In this document: positions 1-9,623 of the stretch, piece by piece | Position numbering within the stretch: the stretch's first letter is position 1 | Layout: each line of letters opens with the position of its first letter | The notes under the pieces: generated by a model | The model's database searches: none | What the model was told of the DNA's origin: nothing | Seen by the model: the letters and a program-made list of their open reading frames with translations, nothing else | Assembly (NCBI GenBank): GCA_963725665.1 | Contig: CAVRZA010000004.1 | Location: 224,001-288,000 of the forward strand | DNA: 64,000 nt | DNA from: an uncultured Actinomycetes bacterium | Lineage (GTDB): Bacteria > Actinomycetota > Thermoleophilia > UBA2241 | Direction: 5' to 3' | Made by a program: the position numbers and the translations under genes

Positions 1-375
1 GTACGGCGTCAGTACGACACCCACGCGCACCGGCAGAACGATGTTGGCGAGGAGGCCGATGCTCGTGGCGGAGAAGGCGTCGACGAGGCGCGCGCGCACG
101 TCGCCGAGAGCATCGACGATCACCTTGAGGGCCCAGCTGCGCAGGACCAGGGAGACGAGGAGCAGGCCCATGGCGGTCAAGGCCCAGCGCCAGTCGGCGT
201 GGACGAACGACTGCTCCATGCGCTCAAGCTGGCCGTGCCCGAGGAGCAACGCGAGGGCGACGGCTACGGCGAGCCCGCCGAGCCACCAGCGCTTGCCGGG
301 AATCGAAAGGACTCTGCCGACACCGTTTGTGGCAGAAGGCGTGGATTCTGTTGGTCGGTCTGTCGTGGTGCTCAA
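1..375 (-). CDS. Lysylphosphatidylglycerol synthase TM / UPF0104 flippase-like membrane protein (5' part, runs off the window)
   Basis: Manual translation from TTG at 375: MSTTTDRP...WWLGGLAVAVALALLLG...ADWRWALTAMGLLLVSLVLRSWALKVIV...FSATSIGLLANIVLPVRVG. The ANxxLPxRxG motif is typical of this family. Not in the ORF track. Confidence 0.7.
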   Translation of the reverse strand, partial: MSTTTDRPTESTPSATNGVGRVLSIPGKRWWLGGLAVAVALALLLGHGQLERMEQSFVHADWRWALTAMGLLLVSLVLRSWALKVIVDALGDVRARLVDAFSATSIGLLANIVLPVRVGVVLTPY

Positions 376-467
376 CGATCTCTTTCCCTGGGCGGCCGCC
401 CCCGGCAGAAGGGCCAGGGCTGCGATCTCTTGACTTGAGTATCGGGACGAGGCCCTGGTCCGAGAAG

Positions 468-485
468 GATAGGACTGTTCCTATC
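468..485. promoter_or_regulatory. Palindromic operator GATAGGA-CTGT-TCCTATC
   Basis: Perfect 7-bp inverted repeat between divergent genes, next to a CCCGATAC -10-like element on the minus strand (446-439). Confidence 0.45.
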
Positions 486-604
486 TGTCCCAGAACAAGG
501 TAGCTTGGTCATCCAGCCGGGCCGGGCGCAAGGCGATTAGTCACCCCTGTGGCCGGGCATGAGATGCCTCACACGGCGGAGAGCTCGGACGTCGGGAGTG
601 GAGC

Positions 605-1102
605 ATGGCGCCGCTCGACCAGGATACCATCATCGGACACGTCCACCTCAAGGTGGCGGACCTCGACCGTGCCGTGGCCTTCTATCGCGACGTGCTCGGC
701 TTCGACCTGACGACCCGCCTCGGCGCCCAGGCCGCCTTCCTCTCGGCCGGCGGCTACCACCACCACATCGGTCTCAATACGTGGGAGTCGGCGGGCGGGT
801 CACCTCCTCCTCCGGGGACGACCGGGCTCTACCACTTCGCCGTCCGCTTCCCCACGAGACGTGCGCTTGCCGAGGCGCTGCTGCGGCTGATCGAGGTGCG
901 CTACCCGATCGAGGGGGCGTCGGACCACGGTGTGAGCGAGGCGATCTACCTGCGTGACCCCGACGGCAACGGTATCGAGCTCTACTGGGATCGGCCGCGC
1001 GAGGAGTGGCCGCACGACCGCGACGGCGACCTTGAGATGTTCACCGCCGCCCTCGACCTCGAAGAGCTCCTGGCCGAGGTGCGGCGGTCGAACGGGGATT
1101 GA
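605..1102 (+). CDS. VOC/glyoxalase family protein (catechol 2,3-dioxygenase-like)
   Basis: IGHVHLKVADL, GGYHHHIGLNTW, GLYHFA and DHGVSEAIYLRDPDGNGIELY motifs; GGAG RBS. Confidence 0.9.
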   Translation: MAPLDQDTIIGHVHLKVADLDRAVAFYRDVLGFDLTTRLGAQAAFLSAGGYHHHIGLNTWESAGGSPPPPGTTGLYHFAVRFPTRRALAEALLRLIEVRYPIEGASDHGVSEAIYLRDPDGNGIELYWDRPREEWPHDRDGDLEMFTAALDLEELLAEVRRSNGD

Positions 1103-1191
1103 GGTCCGCGGGTCGGTCGCGCGGCCGATCGACCGAGGGTCTCGCAGGGGTTTTCAAGCGTCGGGCGATCGTGTTCGATACAGTGAGTGTG

Positions 1192-1422
1192 ATGCGCGAC
1201 GGAGACTGCCCCTACCTGCGGTGCGAGAAGACGGCTCGGCGACTGCACGGCCTCACTGTCGATCAGACAGGGCCCATGGAGGTGTCGGAGGTCTGGTACT
1301 GTCGTCACCCCTTCCACGGGGTGGAAGTGCCGGTGGCCGGCAAGCGGGGTGAGGCGCAGCGGGTCTGCGCCCTCTGTACGCTCCCCGGCAGGGTGGGCGC
1401 CTCGTCCGCCGACGGCGAGTGA
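1192..1422 (+). CDS. Small Cys/His-rich hypothetical protein (76 aa)
   Basis: MRDGDCPYLRC...WYCRHPFHG...VCALC. ATG at 1192 lies just downstream of a TCAA-N16-TTCGATAC promoter-like element. Confidence 0.55.
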   Translation: MRDGDCPYLRCEKTARRLHGLTVDQTGPMEVSEVWYCRHPFHGVEVPVAGKRGEAQRVCALCTLPGRVGASSADGE

Positions 1423-1540
1423 GGCGAGTCGCGGCCCTGCGGCGGTCGGCAGGGGCACAGAAGGACGGCGGGGGCGCGACCCTGGTGTAGACGGACGTTC
1501 TATGGAGCAGGCGTTGCTCGAGGCTGATATTTATCAGCGA

Positions 1541-1614
1541 GAGGCGGGGACTGACCTTCTCTCATCGGCTCGCCAGGCTACGCTTTCCCTAGGACAGTCC
1601 CCGCTCTTTCCTTT
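1541..1614 (+). ncRNA. Candidate hairpin sRNA, copy 1
   Basis: 13-bp stem (1544-1556 with 1592-1604, one mismatch), pyrimidine-rich 35-nt loop, U-rich tail. Confidence 0.4.
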
Positions 1615-1705
1615 GCCGGGAGCGCCGACACTCTCTGGTCCACGTCATCGTGTCCCCTTCCCCCGAGAAATCTGAAGGAATCTCAGCAGGGAGGGCGAAT
1701 GAAGC

Positions 1706-1780
1706 GCGGGGGCTGCCAAACACCAGTGCTCCTTTGGCTCGCTCAACTGGTCTTTCTCACACCTGGCAGCCCCCTTTTCT
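1706..1780 (+). ncRNA. Candidate hairpin sRNA, copy 2
   Basis: 11-bp stem (1708-1718 with 1764-1774), inner stem ACCAGT/ACTGGT, loop containing CTCCTTT, followed by TTTTCT. Confidence 0.4.
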
Positions 1781-1975
1781 ATGCTCTCGTGCGGGCGCGC
1801 GATGGGTCGTCGCGAAGCCGCCCTGTGACGGCGTGACGTGCGGCTCGGGCCTTGAGCGGCGGCTTTACAGCCTTGGGGGTGGGTGCCAGAATAGCCGCTG
1901 GCCATCGGGCCGGACGCCCGTGGCGAGTGTCGACATACCTGCTCGCCCCTCGGTCCCCCAGAGAAGGAGCCGTTC

Positions 1976-2167
1976 ATGGCAAAGCCTGTCGTCGATGCGG
2001 AACTGTGCACCGGTTGCGGCACCTGCGAGGCCCTGTGCCCCGAGGTGTTCGAGGTGCGCGACGACGGCATCGCCTACGTCATCGATCCCGACGCCTGCAA
2101 CGAGGTGGACTGCTGCGAAGAGGCAGCGGAGAGCTGCCCCGAAGAGGCGATCACGTTCGTCGACTGA
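1976..2167 (+). CDS. Ferredoxin (single-cluster Fe-S type)
   Basis: CTGCGTCEALCPEVF...AAESCPEEAI; AAGGAG RBS. Confidence 0.92.
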   Translation: MAKPVVDAELCTGCGTCEALCPEVFEVRDDGIAYVIDPDACNEVDCCEEAAESCPEEAITFVD

Positions 2168-2367
2168 GAGTCCCAACGCTTGCGCGCGGCGCCGGCGCAG
2201 GCGCGCGCCGCGCGCGCAGACCCGCCCTCAAGGGTCACGCGGTCCTGCTCGACAGAGAGGAAGGTAGTCGTCGGTCGCCGAAACTCCCCCAAAGGCATGC
2301 ATCCCATGAGAGAAAGCGCCCACTACAGCGCGCAGCGTCTGCAAATCTCGGGTCTCGAGGCCTGGAC

Positions 2368-3066
2368 TTGATCGTCTTCGAGAACGTCAGCAAGGTGTAC
2401 GACGGCGAGGTCGTCGGGCTGCAGGAGGTCTCCCTGCACATCCCCAAGGGCGAGTTCGTCTTCCTTGTCGGCCCGTCGGGGTCGGGCAAGTCGACCCTCA
2501 TCAGGCTGGTGCTCAAGGAGCTCGACCCGACCCAGGGCCGCATCCTCGTCGCGGGACGCAACCTCAACACCCTGCGCCGCAGCAAGGTGCCCTTGCTGCG
2601 GCGTAACATCGGCTGCGTGTTCCAGGACTTCAAGCTGCTGCCCAACAAGACGGTGTACGACAACGTCGCCTACGCACTGCAGGTGGTGGGCGAGAACCAC
2701 CGCTCGGTGCGGCGCAAGGTCCCCGAGATCCTCAACCTTGTGGGCCTGGGCGAGAAGATGAGCAGCCTGCCGTTGGAGATCTCGGGCGGCGAGCAGCAGC
2801 GGGTCTCGGTGGCCCGTGCCTTCGTGAACCATCCGCCGCTGCTGCTCGCCGACGAGCCGACGGGCAACATCGACCCCGACACCTCGATCGGCATCATGCA
2901 GCTCCTCCTGCGCATCAACCGCACCGGGACGACCGTGGTCGTAGCGACGCACGACCGCGAGATGGTCGATCGCATGCGCAAACGGGTCGTCGCCCTCGAC
3001 ACCGGGCGCCTCGTCCGCGACGAGCGCCGCGGGGTCTACGATGGAGTGCAGCCCGATGAGAACTAG
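2368..3066 (+). CDS. ftsE: Cell division ATP-binding protein FtsE
   Basis: Walker A GPSGSGKS, VFQDFKLL, SGGEQQRV, LLADEPTGN; TTG start at 2368; directly upstream of ftsX. Confidence 0.95.
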   Translation: MIVFENVSKVYDGEVVGLQEVSLHIPKGEFVFLVGPSGSGKSTLIRLVLKELDPTQGRILVAGRNLNTLRRSKVPLLRRNIGCVFQDFKLLPNKTVYDNVAYALQVVGENHRSVRRKVPEILNLVGLGEKMSSLPLEISGGEQQRVSVARAFVNHPPLLLADEPTGNIDPDTSIGIMQLLLRINRTGTTVVVATHDREMVDRMRKRVVALDTGRLVRDERRGVYDGVQPDEN

Positions 3067-3976
3067 CTTCTTCATGAACGAGGCCCTCGGCTCGCTGCGC
3101 CGCAACTGGGTGATGACGATCGCCGCCGTGCTCACGGTCTTCATCTCGATGGCCATCCTCGGCTTCGTCCTCGTCATCGATCGCAACCTGAACCAGGGAG
3201 CGACGAGCCTCAAGAACCGGGTCATGATCGAGGTCTTCCTCAAGGACAGCGCGACGCCGGAGCAGGTGGCGCAGCTCAAGCAGCAGATCGAGGCCATGCC
3301 CGAGTTCAAGAGCGTGACCTACATCTCGAAGGACCAGGCTCTGAAGGAGTTCAAGGATCGCCTCGGTGAGAACGCCCAGTCGATCCTCGAGAACCTCTCC
3401 ACGAACCCGTTGCCCGCCTCGTTCCGCATCTACGTGAAAGACCCGAATCAGGTCGAAGCCGTGGCGGGGCGCTTCTTCGCCAATCCCATCGTCGCCAACG
3501 ACCCCGGCACCCACAACGGGGTCCACTACGCGCGCGACACGGTACGCAGGATGCTGGGCACGATCGGCCTCATCGAGAAGGGCATGTGGGTGGCGACCAT
3601 CATCTTCGCCGCCGCCGCGGTGCTCCTCATCTCGACCACGGTGCGCCTGTCGATCTTCGCTCGGCGGCGCGAGATCGAGATCATGCGCCTCGTCGGCGCG
3701 ACCAACTGGTTCATCCGTTGGCCCTTCGTCGTCGAGGGTTTCATCACCGGGCTCGTGGGCTCCATCGTCGCTGCCTTGGGCGTGGGCGTCGTGAATTGGA
3801 CCGTCTTCAACTGGATAGAGAACTCGTCCGTGAACTTCCTCGGGGTCGAGAAGTACCCCGTGTGGATCCAGGGCGGCCAGTGGCCGCTGGGACTGCTGCC
3901 GACGCTGGCGGTGCTCGGGGCGATCCTCGGCGCGGCCGGAAGCGTCCTCGCCCTGCGCCGCTACCTGCGCGTGTAG
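3056..3976 (+). CDS. ftsX: Cell division permease FtsX
   Basis: SLRRNWVM N-terminus; RRREIEIMRLVGATNWFIRWPFVVEG motif. Confidence 0.95.
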   Translation: MRTSFFMNEALGSLRRNWVMTIAAVLTVFISMAILGFVLVIDRNLNQGATSLKNRVMIEVFLKDSATPEQVAQLKQQIEAMPEFKSVTYISKDQALKEFKDRLGENAQSILENLSTNPLPASFRIYVKDPNQVEAVAGRFFANPIVANDPGTHNGVHYARDTVRRMLGTIGLIEKGMWVATIIFAAAAVLLISTTVRLSIFARRREIEIMRLVGATNWFIRWPFVVEGFITGLVGSIVAALGVGVVNWTVFNWIENSSVNFLGVEKYPVWIQGGQWPLGLLPTLAVLGAILGAAGSVLALRRYLRV

Positions 3977-4038
3977 AGTCCACCGGCGGCGCGGCCTACA
4001 GGAACCGGCGGCCGCGCCGAAGAAGTACTCGGGATGCT

Positions 4039-5253
4039 ATGGGGATGAGACGACAAGCCCTCATCGCCGCCGCGGCCGGGCTCCTCGGGCTCGCGCTCGT
4101 GGCCGCCCACGCCCCAGCCGCCTCCGCTGCAAACGCCCAGGACGAGCTCAACCTCACCAGGCAGAAGCTCGTCCACGCCCGCGCTCTGATCGCAGCCGCC
4201 AAGGCGAAAGAGGGCAAGCTGAACGGTCAGGTCGACGCCTACGACGGGCGCCTGAACGCGATCGGCGGCGAGCTGGCCGCCTTGCAGGCGAAGCTCGCCG
4301 CCGTAGAGGCCAAGCTCGCCAAGACGCGGGCCGAGCTGACCAGGCTGCGCAGCCGACTGCGCGCCAAGGTGCGCGAGCTGCGCCAGGCCGAGGCCGAGCT
4401 GAGGTGGCAGCGGGAGGTCTTCGTCAGGCGCGTGGTGGAGAGCTACAAGACGGGCGACGTCGACTACATCGACGTCCTGCTCGGCTCCGCCGACTGGGAG
4501 GACCTCGTGACGCGCTTTCGCCTCGTGCGGCAGCTCGTCGGCAACGACAACCTGCTGGTCACGCAGCTTGATGCGGCGCGCCGCGAGGTGGCGCGCCAGA
4601 AGGCCAGTCTGGCGGAGCTGACGGCCGCCAAGGCGGCGGCCGAGGCGGAGCTCAGCGATCGACAAGCCGAGTTGGCCTCGCTCAAGGCGCAGGTCGTGGC
4701 CAAGCAGCAGGCGGTCCTTGCCGCCCGCCACGCCAAGGAACTCACGCTGGCCCAGGTCGTCCAGACGCGCAAGGGGTACGAGCAGCAGGAACAGGAGCTA
4801 CTGGCCGAGAGCCGCCGGCTGCAGACGATCATCACCGGCAGCTCGGGCTCGGGGACCGTGCACGGCACGGGCCGGCTGGTGTGGCCGGTCTCCGGGCCCG
4901 TCGTCTCGGGCTTCGGCTGGCGCATCCATCCCATCTTCCACACGCGCAAGTTCCACACCGGCATCGACATCGGCGTCGGCTACGGCACGGCGATCCACGC
5001 CGCCGACAGCGGCACCGTGATCTACGCCGCCGGAATGAGCGGGTACGGCAACGTCATCGTCATCGACCACGGCGGCGGGCTCTCGACGCTCTATGCGCAC
5101 CAGTCGGGGTTTGCGGTCGGGATGGGCGCCGGCGTGAGTCGGGGACAAGTGATCGGCTACGTCGGCATGACCGGCTACACGACCGGCCCGCACCTGCACT
5201 TCGAGGTGCGCGTAGGCGGTTCGCCCGTCGACCCGATGGGGTACCTGCCGTAG
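4039..5253 (+). CDS. Coiled-coil M23 peptidase (EnvC-like murein hydrolase or activator)
   Basis: Signal peptide, long coiled coil, HTGID, YAHQS and TGPHLHFEVR M23 motifs; follows ftsEX. Confidence 0.92.
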   Translation: MGMRRQALIAAAAGLLGLALVAAHAPAASAANAQDELNLTRQKLVHARALIAAAKAKEGKLNGQVDAYDGRLNAIGGELAALQAKLAAVEAKLAKTRAELTRLRSRLRAKVRELRQAEAELRWQREVFVRRVVESYKTGDVDYIDVLLGSADWEDLVTRFRLVRQLVGNDNLLVTQLDAARREVARQKASLAELTAAKAAAEAELSDRQAELASLKAQVVAKQQAVLAARHAKELTLAQVVQTRKGYEQQEQELLAESRRLQTIITGSSGSGTVHGTGRLVWPVSGPVVSGFGWRIHPIFHTRKFHTGIDIGVGYGTAIHAADSGTVIYAAGMSGYGNVIVIDHGGGLSTLYAHQSGFAVGMGAGVSRGQVIGYVGMTGYTTGPHLHFEVRVGGSPVDPMGYLP

Positions 5254-5347
5254 TGCCGCTTCCTCCGCTCCGCTCGACCGATGACAGTCGCAAGCGCCAC
5301 CCGTCAAAGTTGCTGAGAACCCGATCGGTAGCTACCATGCTGGGACA

Positions 5348-6631
5348 GTGCATACCCTAGAGATAGTCCTCCTCCTGGTCCTCCTGCTCGCCCTCGTCGT
5401 CGACGGCGTGCTGCTCGCGCGCCGCCTGCGTCCCGAGAGCGGGAGGGGCTTGGCGTTGCGCGCCGTCGCCCTGCTCCTCACCCTGGTCGCCGTCGTGCTC
5501 GTCGGCGGGTTCGTGGTCGTCGTCGCCCGTTCGGACAGCGGAGGCGGCGCCACACCGGCGACGATCGACGGGTCTGCGCAACTGCAGCAGCGCATCATCA
5601 GCGACCTGCAGCGCTACTACTACAAGCCCGTCGACACGGCGAAGCTCCAGCGCGTCGCCGGCACGAGCGCCATCGACGCCATGCTCAAGACGCTGAAGGA
5701 TCCCTACACCGAGTACATGGATCCCAAACAGACGAACTTGCTCGAGGAGCACCTCAAAGGCACCTACTCGGGCATCGGCGCCATCCTCGAGAAGAAGAAC
5801 GGCGAGGTCCGCATCACGCGGGTGATCGAGGGATCGCCGGCGGCCGAGGCCCAATTGCAGTCCGCCGACGTGATCGTCTCCGTCGATGGCCGTGCGACCA
5901 AGGGCGAACCGATCGAGGTCGTCAGCTCACGCATCAGGGGCAAGGCCGGCACGCAGGTCAAGCTGGCCGTTCGTCGCCCGAGCACGGGTGCGGCGCTGTC
6001 GCTCACGCTGACGCGGCGCGAGGTCTCGTTCCCGATCATGCGCAGCCGCCTCATCGACGATCACGGCGTGAAGGTGGGCTACGTGCAGCTGTTCGAGTTC
6101 TCCTCGGGCGCGACTGACAAGGTGCGCGCCGCGCTGCAGAGGTTGCAGCAGCGCGGCGCGCAGCAGATCGTCTTCGACCTGCGCTACAACGGTGGCGGCC
6201 TGCTCGACGAGGGCGTCGGCGTGGCCAGCGACTTCCTGCATCCGGGACTCGTCGTCGTCACGACGCAGGGCATGCACTCGCCCAAGGAGGTCTTCAAGTC
6301 GTCGGGAGGCCCCGCCACCACGCTGCCCGTCGTGGTCCTCGTCAACCACTGGACGGCGAGCGCCTCCGAGATCGTCGCGGGCGCCCTGCAGGATCAAGGG
6401 CGGGCGACGATCATCGGCACGCGCACCTTCGGCAAGGGTCTGGTGCAGAGACCCATCTCACTGCCCGGCGGCGCCACCCTCAAGCTCACAACGGCGGTCT
6501 ACCTGACCCCACGCGGGACGGACATCAACCACGTCGGGATCGTCCCCTCGATCTCGGTGAAGGACGATCCCAAGACCAAGCGGGACGAGGCTCTGCAGCG
6601 CGTCCTGCGGTTCATCGCGACGGGGCGCTAG
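5348..6631 (+). CDS. ctpA: S41 C-terminal processing peptidase (CtpA-like, with PDZ)
   Basis: GIGA PDZ motif, DLRYNGGG, TASASEI, TFGKG. Confidence 0.92.
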   Translation: MHTLEIVLLLVLLLALVVDGVLLARRLRPESGRGLALRAVALLLTLVAVVLVGGFVVVVARSDSGGGATPATIDGSAQLQQRIISDLQRYYYKPVDTAKLQRVAGTSAIDAMLKTLKDPYTEYMDPKQTNLLEEHLKGTYSGIGAILEKKNGEVRITRVIEGSPAAEAQLQSADVIVSVDGRATKGEPIEVVSSRIRGKAGTQVKLAVRRPSTGAALSLTLTRREVSFPIMRSRLIDDHGVKVGYVQLFEFSSGATDKVRAALQRLQQRGAQQIVFDLRYNGGGLLDEGVGVASDFLHPGLVVVTTQGMHSPKEVFKSSGGPATTLPVVVLVNHWTASASEIVAGALQDQGRATIIGTRTFGKGLVQRPISLPGGATLKLTTAVYLTPRGTDINHVGIVPSISVKDDPKTKRDEALQRVLRFIATGR

Positions 6632-6638
6632 GCCCCTC

Positions 6639-8615
6639 ATGACCAGCGACCTCACGCCGGTGGCCCCGCTGGCGGCCCGCGTCGTGCGCTGGGGCAAGTT
6701 CTGGGCACTCGAGCCGCTGTTCGCCGACGAGCGCCACTACCTTCTGGCCAAGGGCGGTCGACGGCCGCGCCTCGGCGACCTCGTGCTCGCCGTCCCGGTC
6801 AAGCACAACCGCGTGCGCATCGTGGAGGTCCTGGGCGACGGCAACGACGTGCGCGCGGTGCTGCGCGCCCTGCTCTACGCGGAAGGTGTGCCGCAGGGCT
6901 TCCCACAAGCGGTGCTCGACGAGGCGGCGGCCGTCGTCGGCCGCCGAGAGCGGCGCGACGACGGCCGCGTCGACCTGACCGGCCTGCGCACCTTCACGAT
7001 CGACCCTGAGACGGCCACGGACTTCGACGACGCCATCTCGGTCGCGCGCGACGGCGACGCCTATCGCGCCTGGGTGCACATCGCCGACGTCTCCTACTAC
7101 GTCGACGGCGACGGAGCGATCGACGTCGAGGCGCGGCGTCGCACGGCCAGCGTCTACCTGCCGCTCTGGGCCGAGCCCATGCTGCCCGAAGCCCTCTCGT
7201 CCGACGTCTGCAGCCTCAAGCCCGACGAGCCGCGCAAGTGCGTCACGGCGGAGTTCCTCTTCTCGGCCAAGGGCGAGCGGCTCTCGATCGAGTTCTATCG
7301 CTCGCTGGTCAAGAGCGATCGCCGCCTGACGTACGGGTTCGTCGACGAGGAACTCGGCCACGGGGAGGACGGCGCGGCCGAAGGCGCCGGCGGCCGCGGC
7401 GAGGCGATCGCCGGCACCGCGGCCGCGCCCGCCCCGGTCGCCGTGCCGCCGCCCCTCGCCCCGGCGCTCGCCGCCGACCTGCGCCTCGCTCACGAGCTTG
7501 CCGAGACGCTGCGCGCCAGGCGCTTCGCACGCGGGGCGCTGCAGATCGGCTCGTTCGAGCCCGAGTACAGCTTCGATGAACGCGGCGAGCTCGTCGGGGC
7601 GCGCCAGCGCTACGACAGCGTCTCGCACCAGCTCGTCGAGGAGTTCATGCTGGCCGCCAACGAGGCCGTCGCCGGCTTCCTCGTGCAACAGCGGGCGGAG
7701 GGGATCTATCGTGTGCACGAGCCGCCCGAGGCGCGCAAGGCCGAGGGCCTGCTCGACATGATGGAGGACCTAGGGGTGCAGACGCCACCCCTGCCGGGCG
7801 ATGAGACGGCGACCGCGGCCCAGATCGCGGGCGCTCTGCGACGCCTCTCAGACACGCTGCCCAAGGTGAGCGCCCGCGAGGGCCGCGGTCGCCTCGCTTT
7901 TCCGCAGCTCCTGCTGCGCTCGCTCAAGCAGGCCTACTACGGGCCTGACAACCTGGGACACTTCGGCCTCGCCGTCTCGGCCTACCTGCACTTCACATCG
8001 CCGATCCGGCGGTATCCGGACCTCGTCGTCCACCGCGCCCTGCTGCACCGGCTCGGCCTGGGAGGCGAGGAACTCGGTGAGGCCGAGCTCTCCGACGTCG
8101 CCGCCACCTGCTCCGTCGCCGAGCGCAAGATCGCCAAGCTCGAGCTGCGGGCCGACGACATCGCCCTCGCCTTCATCCTCGAGCGCAGCCTGTACGAGAG
8201 GGGTTGGGAGAGCGCCTTGAGCGGCGAGATCGTCGGTGTCATCGAGTCGGGCATCTTCGTGCATTTCGGCGCCGCGTTCGAGGGCTTCCTGCCGGCGCGC
8301 AATTTGCCCGACGACTACTTCGCCGAGAACCTCCTCGGCACGGCACTCGTCGGCCGCCGTACGCAACACCGCTACCGCCTCGGGGACCCCGTCTCGGTGC
8401 AGGTGGTGCGCATCGACAGGGTCACGGGCAAGGTGGAGCTGGCCCTGGCCGCAAGCGATGAGGTCTCCCCGTCGCCACGCACCGGCGGCGGGCGGCAGGG
8501 AGCTACGCCCTCGCGCGAGACCCCCGGGTCGCCGCCGAGCGGCGGCTCGGCACGCGCGCGCTCGCGACGGCACGGCCCAGGGCGTCACTTGACCGGCCCT
8601 TCGCGCCGGCGATAG
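6639..8615 (+). CDS. rnr: Ribonuclease R / RNB-domain exoribonuclease with S1 domain
   Basis: TIDPETATDFDDA catalytic motif, HFTSPIRRYPDLVVHR, C-terminal S1; adjacent to smpB. Confidence 0.9.
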   Translation: MTSDLTPVAPLAARVVRWGKFWALEPLFADERHYLLAKGGRRPRLGDLVLAVPVKHNRVRIVEVLGDGNDVRAVLRALLYAEGVPQGFPQAVLDEAAAVVGRRERRDDGRVDLTGLRTFTIDPETATDFDDAISVARDGDAYRAWVHIADVSYYVDGDGAIDVEARRRTASVYLPLWAEPMLPEALSSDVCSLKPDEPRKCVTAEFLFSAKGERLSIEFYRSLVKSDRRLTYGFVDEELGHGEDGAAEGAGGRGEAIAGTAAAPAPVAVPPPLAPALAADLRLAHELAETLRARRFARGALQIGSFEPEYSFDERGELVGARQRYDSVSHQLVEEFMLAANEAVAGFLVQQRAEGIYRVHEPPEARKAEGLLDMMEDLGVQTPPLPGDETATAAQIAGALRRLSDTLPKVSAREGRGRLAFPQLLLRSLKQAYYGPDNLGHFGLAVSAYLHFTSPIRRYPDLVVHRALLHRLGLGGEELGEAELSDVAATCSVAERKIAKLELRADDIALAFILERSLYERGWESALSGEIVGVIESGIFVHFGAAFEGFLPARNLPDDYFAENLLGTALVGRRTQHRYRLGDPVSVQVVRIDRVTGKVELALAASDEVSPSPRTGGGRQGATPSRETPGSPPSGGSARARSRRHGPGRHLTGPSRRR

Positions 8616-8624
8616 CGTCGAGGC

Positions 8625-9140
8625 ATGACTCGCGATGTAGGCAGATCGCCTCGAGGAGGGGCCTCGGGCGGGGAGGGCACGAAGCTCGTCGCCAGCAACC
8701 GCAAGGCCTTCCACGACTTCTTCATCGACGAGACCTACGAGGCCGGCATCGCGCTAGTCGGCACCGAGGTCAAGTCTCTGCGCGAGGGGCGCATCAACCT
8801 GCGCGACAGCTACGCCGAGGTCAGGGACGGCGAGCTCTACCTGGTCGGCGTGCACATAAGCCCGTACACGCAAGGGAACATCTGGAACCACGACCCCCTG
8901 CGGCGGCGCAAGCTGCTGCTGCACAAGGACGAGATCAGGCGGCTGACCGGCAAGGTGAACGAGCGCGGCTACACCATCGTACCCACGCGGGTCTACTTCA
9001 AAGGGGGTCGCGCCAAGGTCGAGATCGGCTTGGCGCGCGGCAAGCGCCTGTACGACAAGCGGTCCGACTTGGCGAAGCGGGAGGCGGACCGCGAGGTGGA
9101 GCGTGAGTTCCGCCGCCGCCAGACGGGTCGCGATGAGTAG
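8625..9140 (+). CDS. smpB: SsrA-binding protein SmpB
   Basis: [36 protein letters not shown]. Confidence 0.97.
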   Translation: MTRDVGRSPRGGASGGEGTKLVASNRKAFHDFFIDETYEAGIALVGTEVKSLREGRINLRDSYAEVRDGELYLVGVHISPYTQGNIWNHDPLRRRKLLLHKDEIRRLTGKVNERGYTIVPTRVYFKGGRAKVEIGLARGKRLYDKRSDLAKREADREVEREFRRRQTGRDE

Positions 9141-9167
9141 AAAGCGCGGCGATGAGTAGGAAGCGCG
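9130..9167. repeat. 19-bp tandem duplication spanning the smpB stop codon
   Basis: gcgatgagtagaaagcgcg followed by gcgatgagtaggaagcgcg. Confidence 0.8.
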
Positions 9168-9201
9168 GGGAGGATCCCGCGAGCGCAGGGAAGGGGGAGC
9201 G

Positions 9202-9501
9202 ATGAGTGAGGCAGAGGCGCGACGGCTGAGCGACGAGGAGATCCAGGCGGCGCTCGATGGTCTCTCCGACTGGGGCAGTGAGGGCGACGCCGTCGTCAGG
9301 ACGTACCGGCTGAAGGATTTCGCCACCGCGATGAACTTCGTCAACGCGGTGGCCGAGCTGGCCGAGGCGGCCCGGCATCACCCCGACATCGACATCCGCT
9401 ACAACAGGGTCAGGATCGCCCTCTCGACGCACACCGCCGGCGGTGTCACGCGGCGCGACATCGAGCTCGCCGAGGGCATCGACGGCCTGCACGCCGGCTG
9501 A
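9202..9501 (+). CDS. phhB: Pterin-4-alpha-carbinolamine dehydratase
   Basis: AEAARHHPDIDIRY and THTAGGVTRRD motifs. Confidence 0.92.
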   Translation: MSEAEARRLSDEEIQAALDGLSDWGSEGDAVVRTYRLKDFATAMNFVNAVAELAEAARHHPDIDIRYNRVRIALSTHTAGGVTRRDIELAEGIDGLHAG

Positions 9502-9567
9502 CGGGGCGCGCGGGCGGCGGCGCGGGCGCCAATGGCGCCCGCGCCGCCGCCCGCGCGCCCCGTCAGC
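9497..9567. repeat. Perfect 35-bp-arm palindrome (terminator-like hairpin)
   Basis: 9497-9531 is the exact reverse complement of 9533-9567. Confidence 0.8.
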
Positions 9568-9623
9568 GCGCACGCCGCGCGAGAGCCGGGGCCGCGCCCG
9601 GCCGTGCTACACTACCCGTCCGT

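Noticed and set aside
2170-2367. Riboswitch before ftsE, or an N-terminally extended FtsE (ORF from 1852)
   Set aside because: Only short AGAGG/GCCGAA words with no aptamer architecture; the extension overlaps the ferredoxin gene in another frame
9140-9620. tmRNA downstream of smpB
   Set aside because: No tRNA-Ala-like ends or tag reading frame; the space holds phhB and a palindrome
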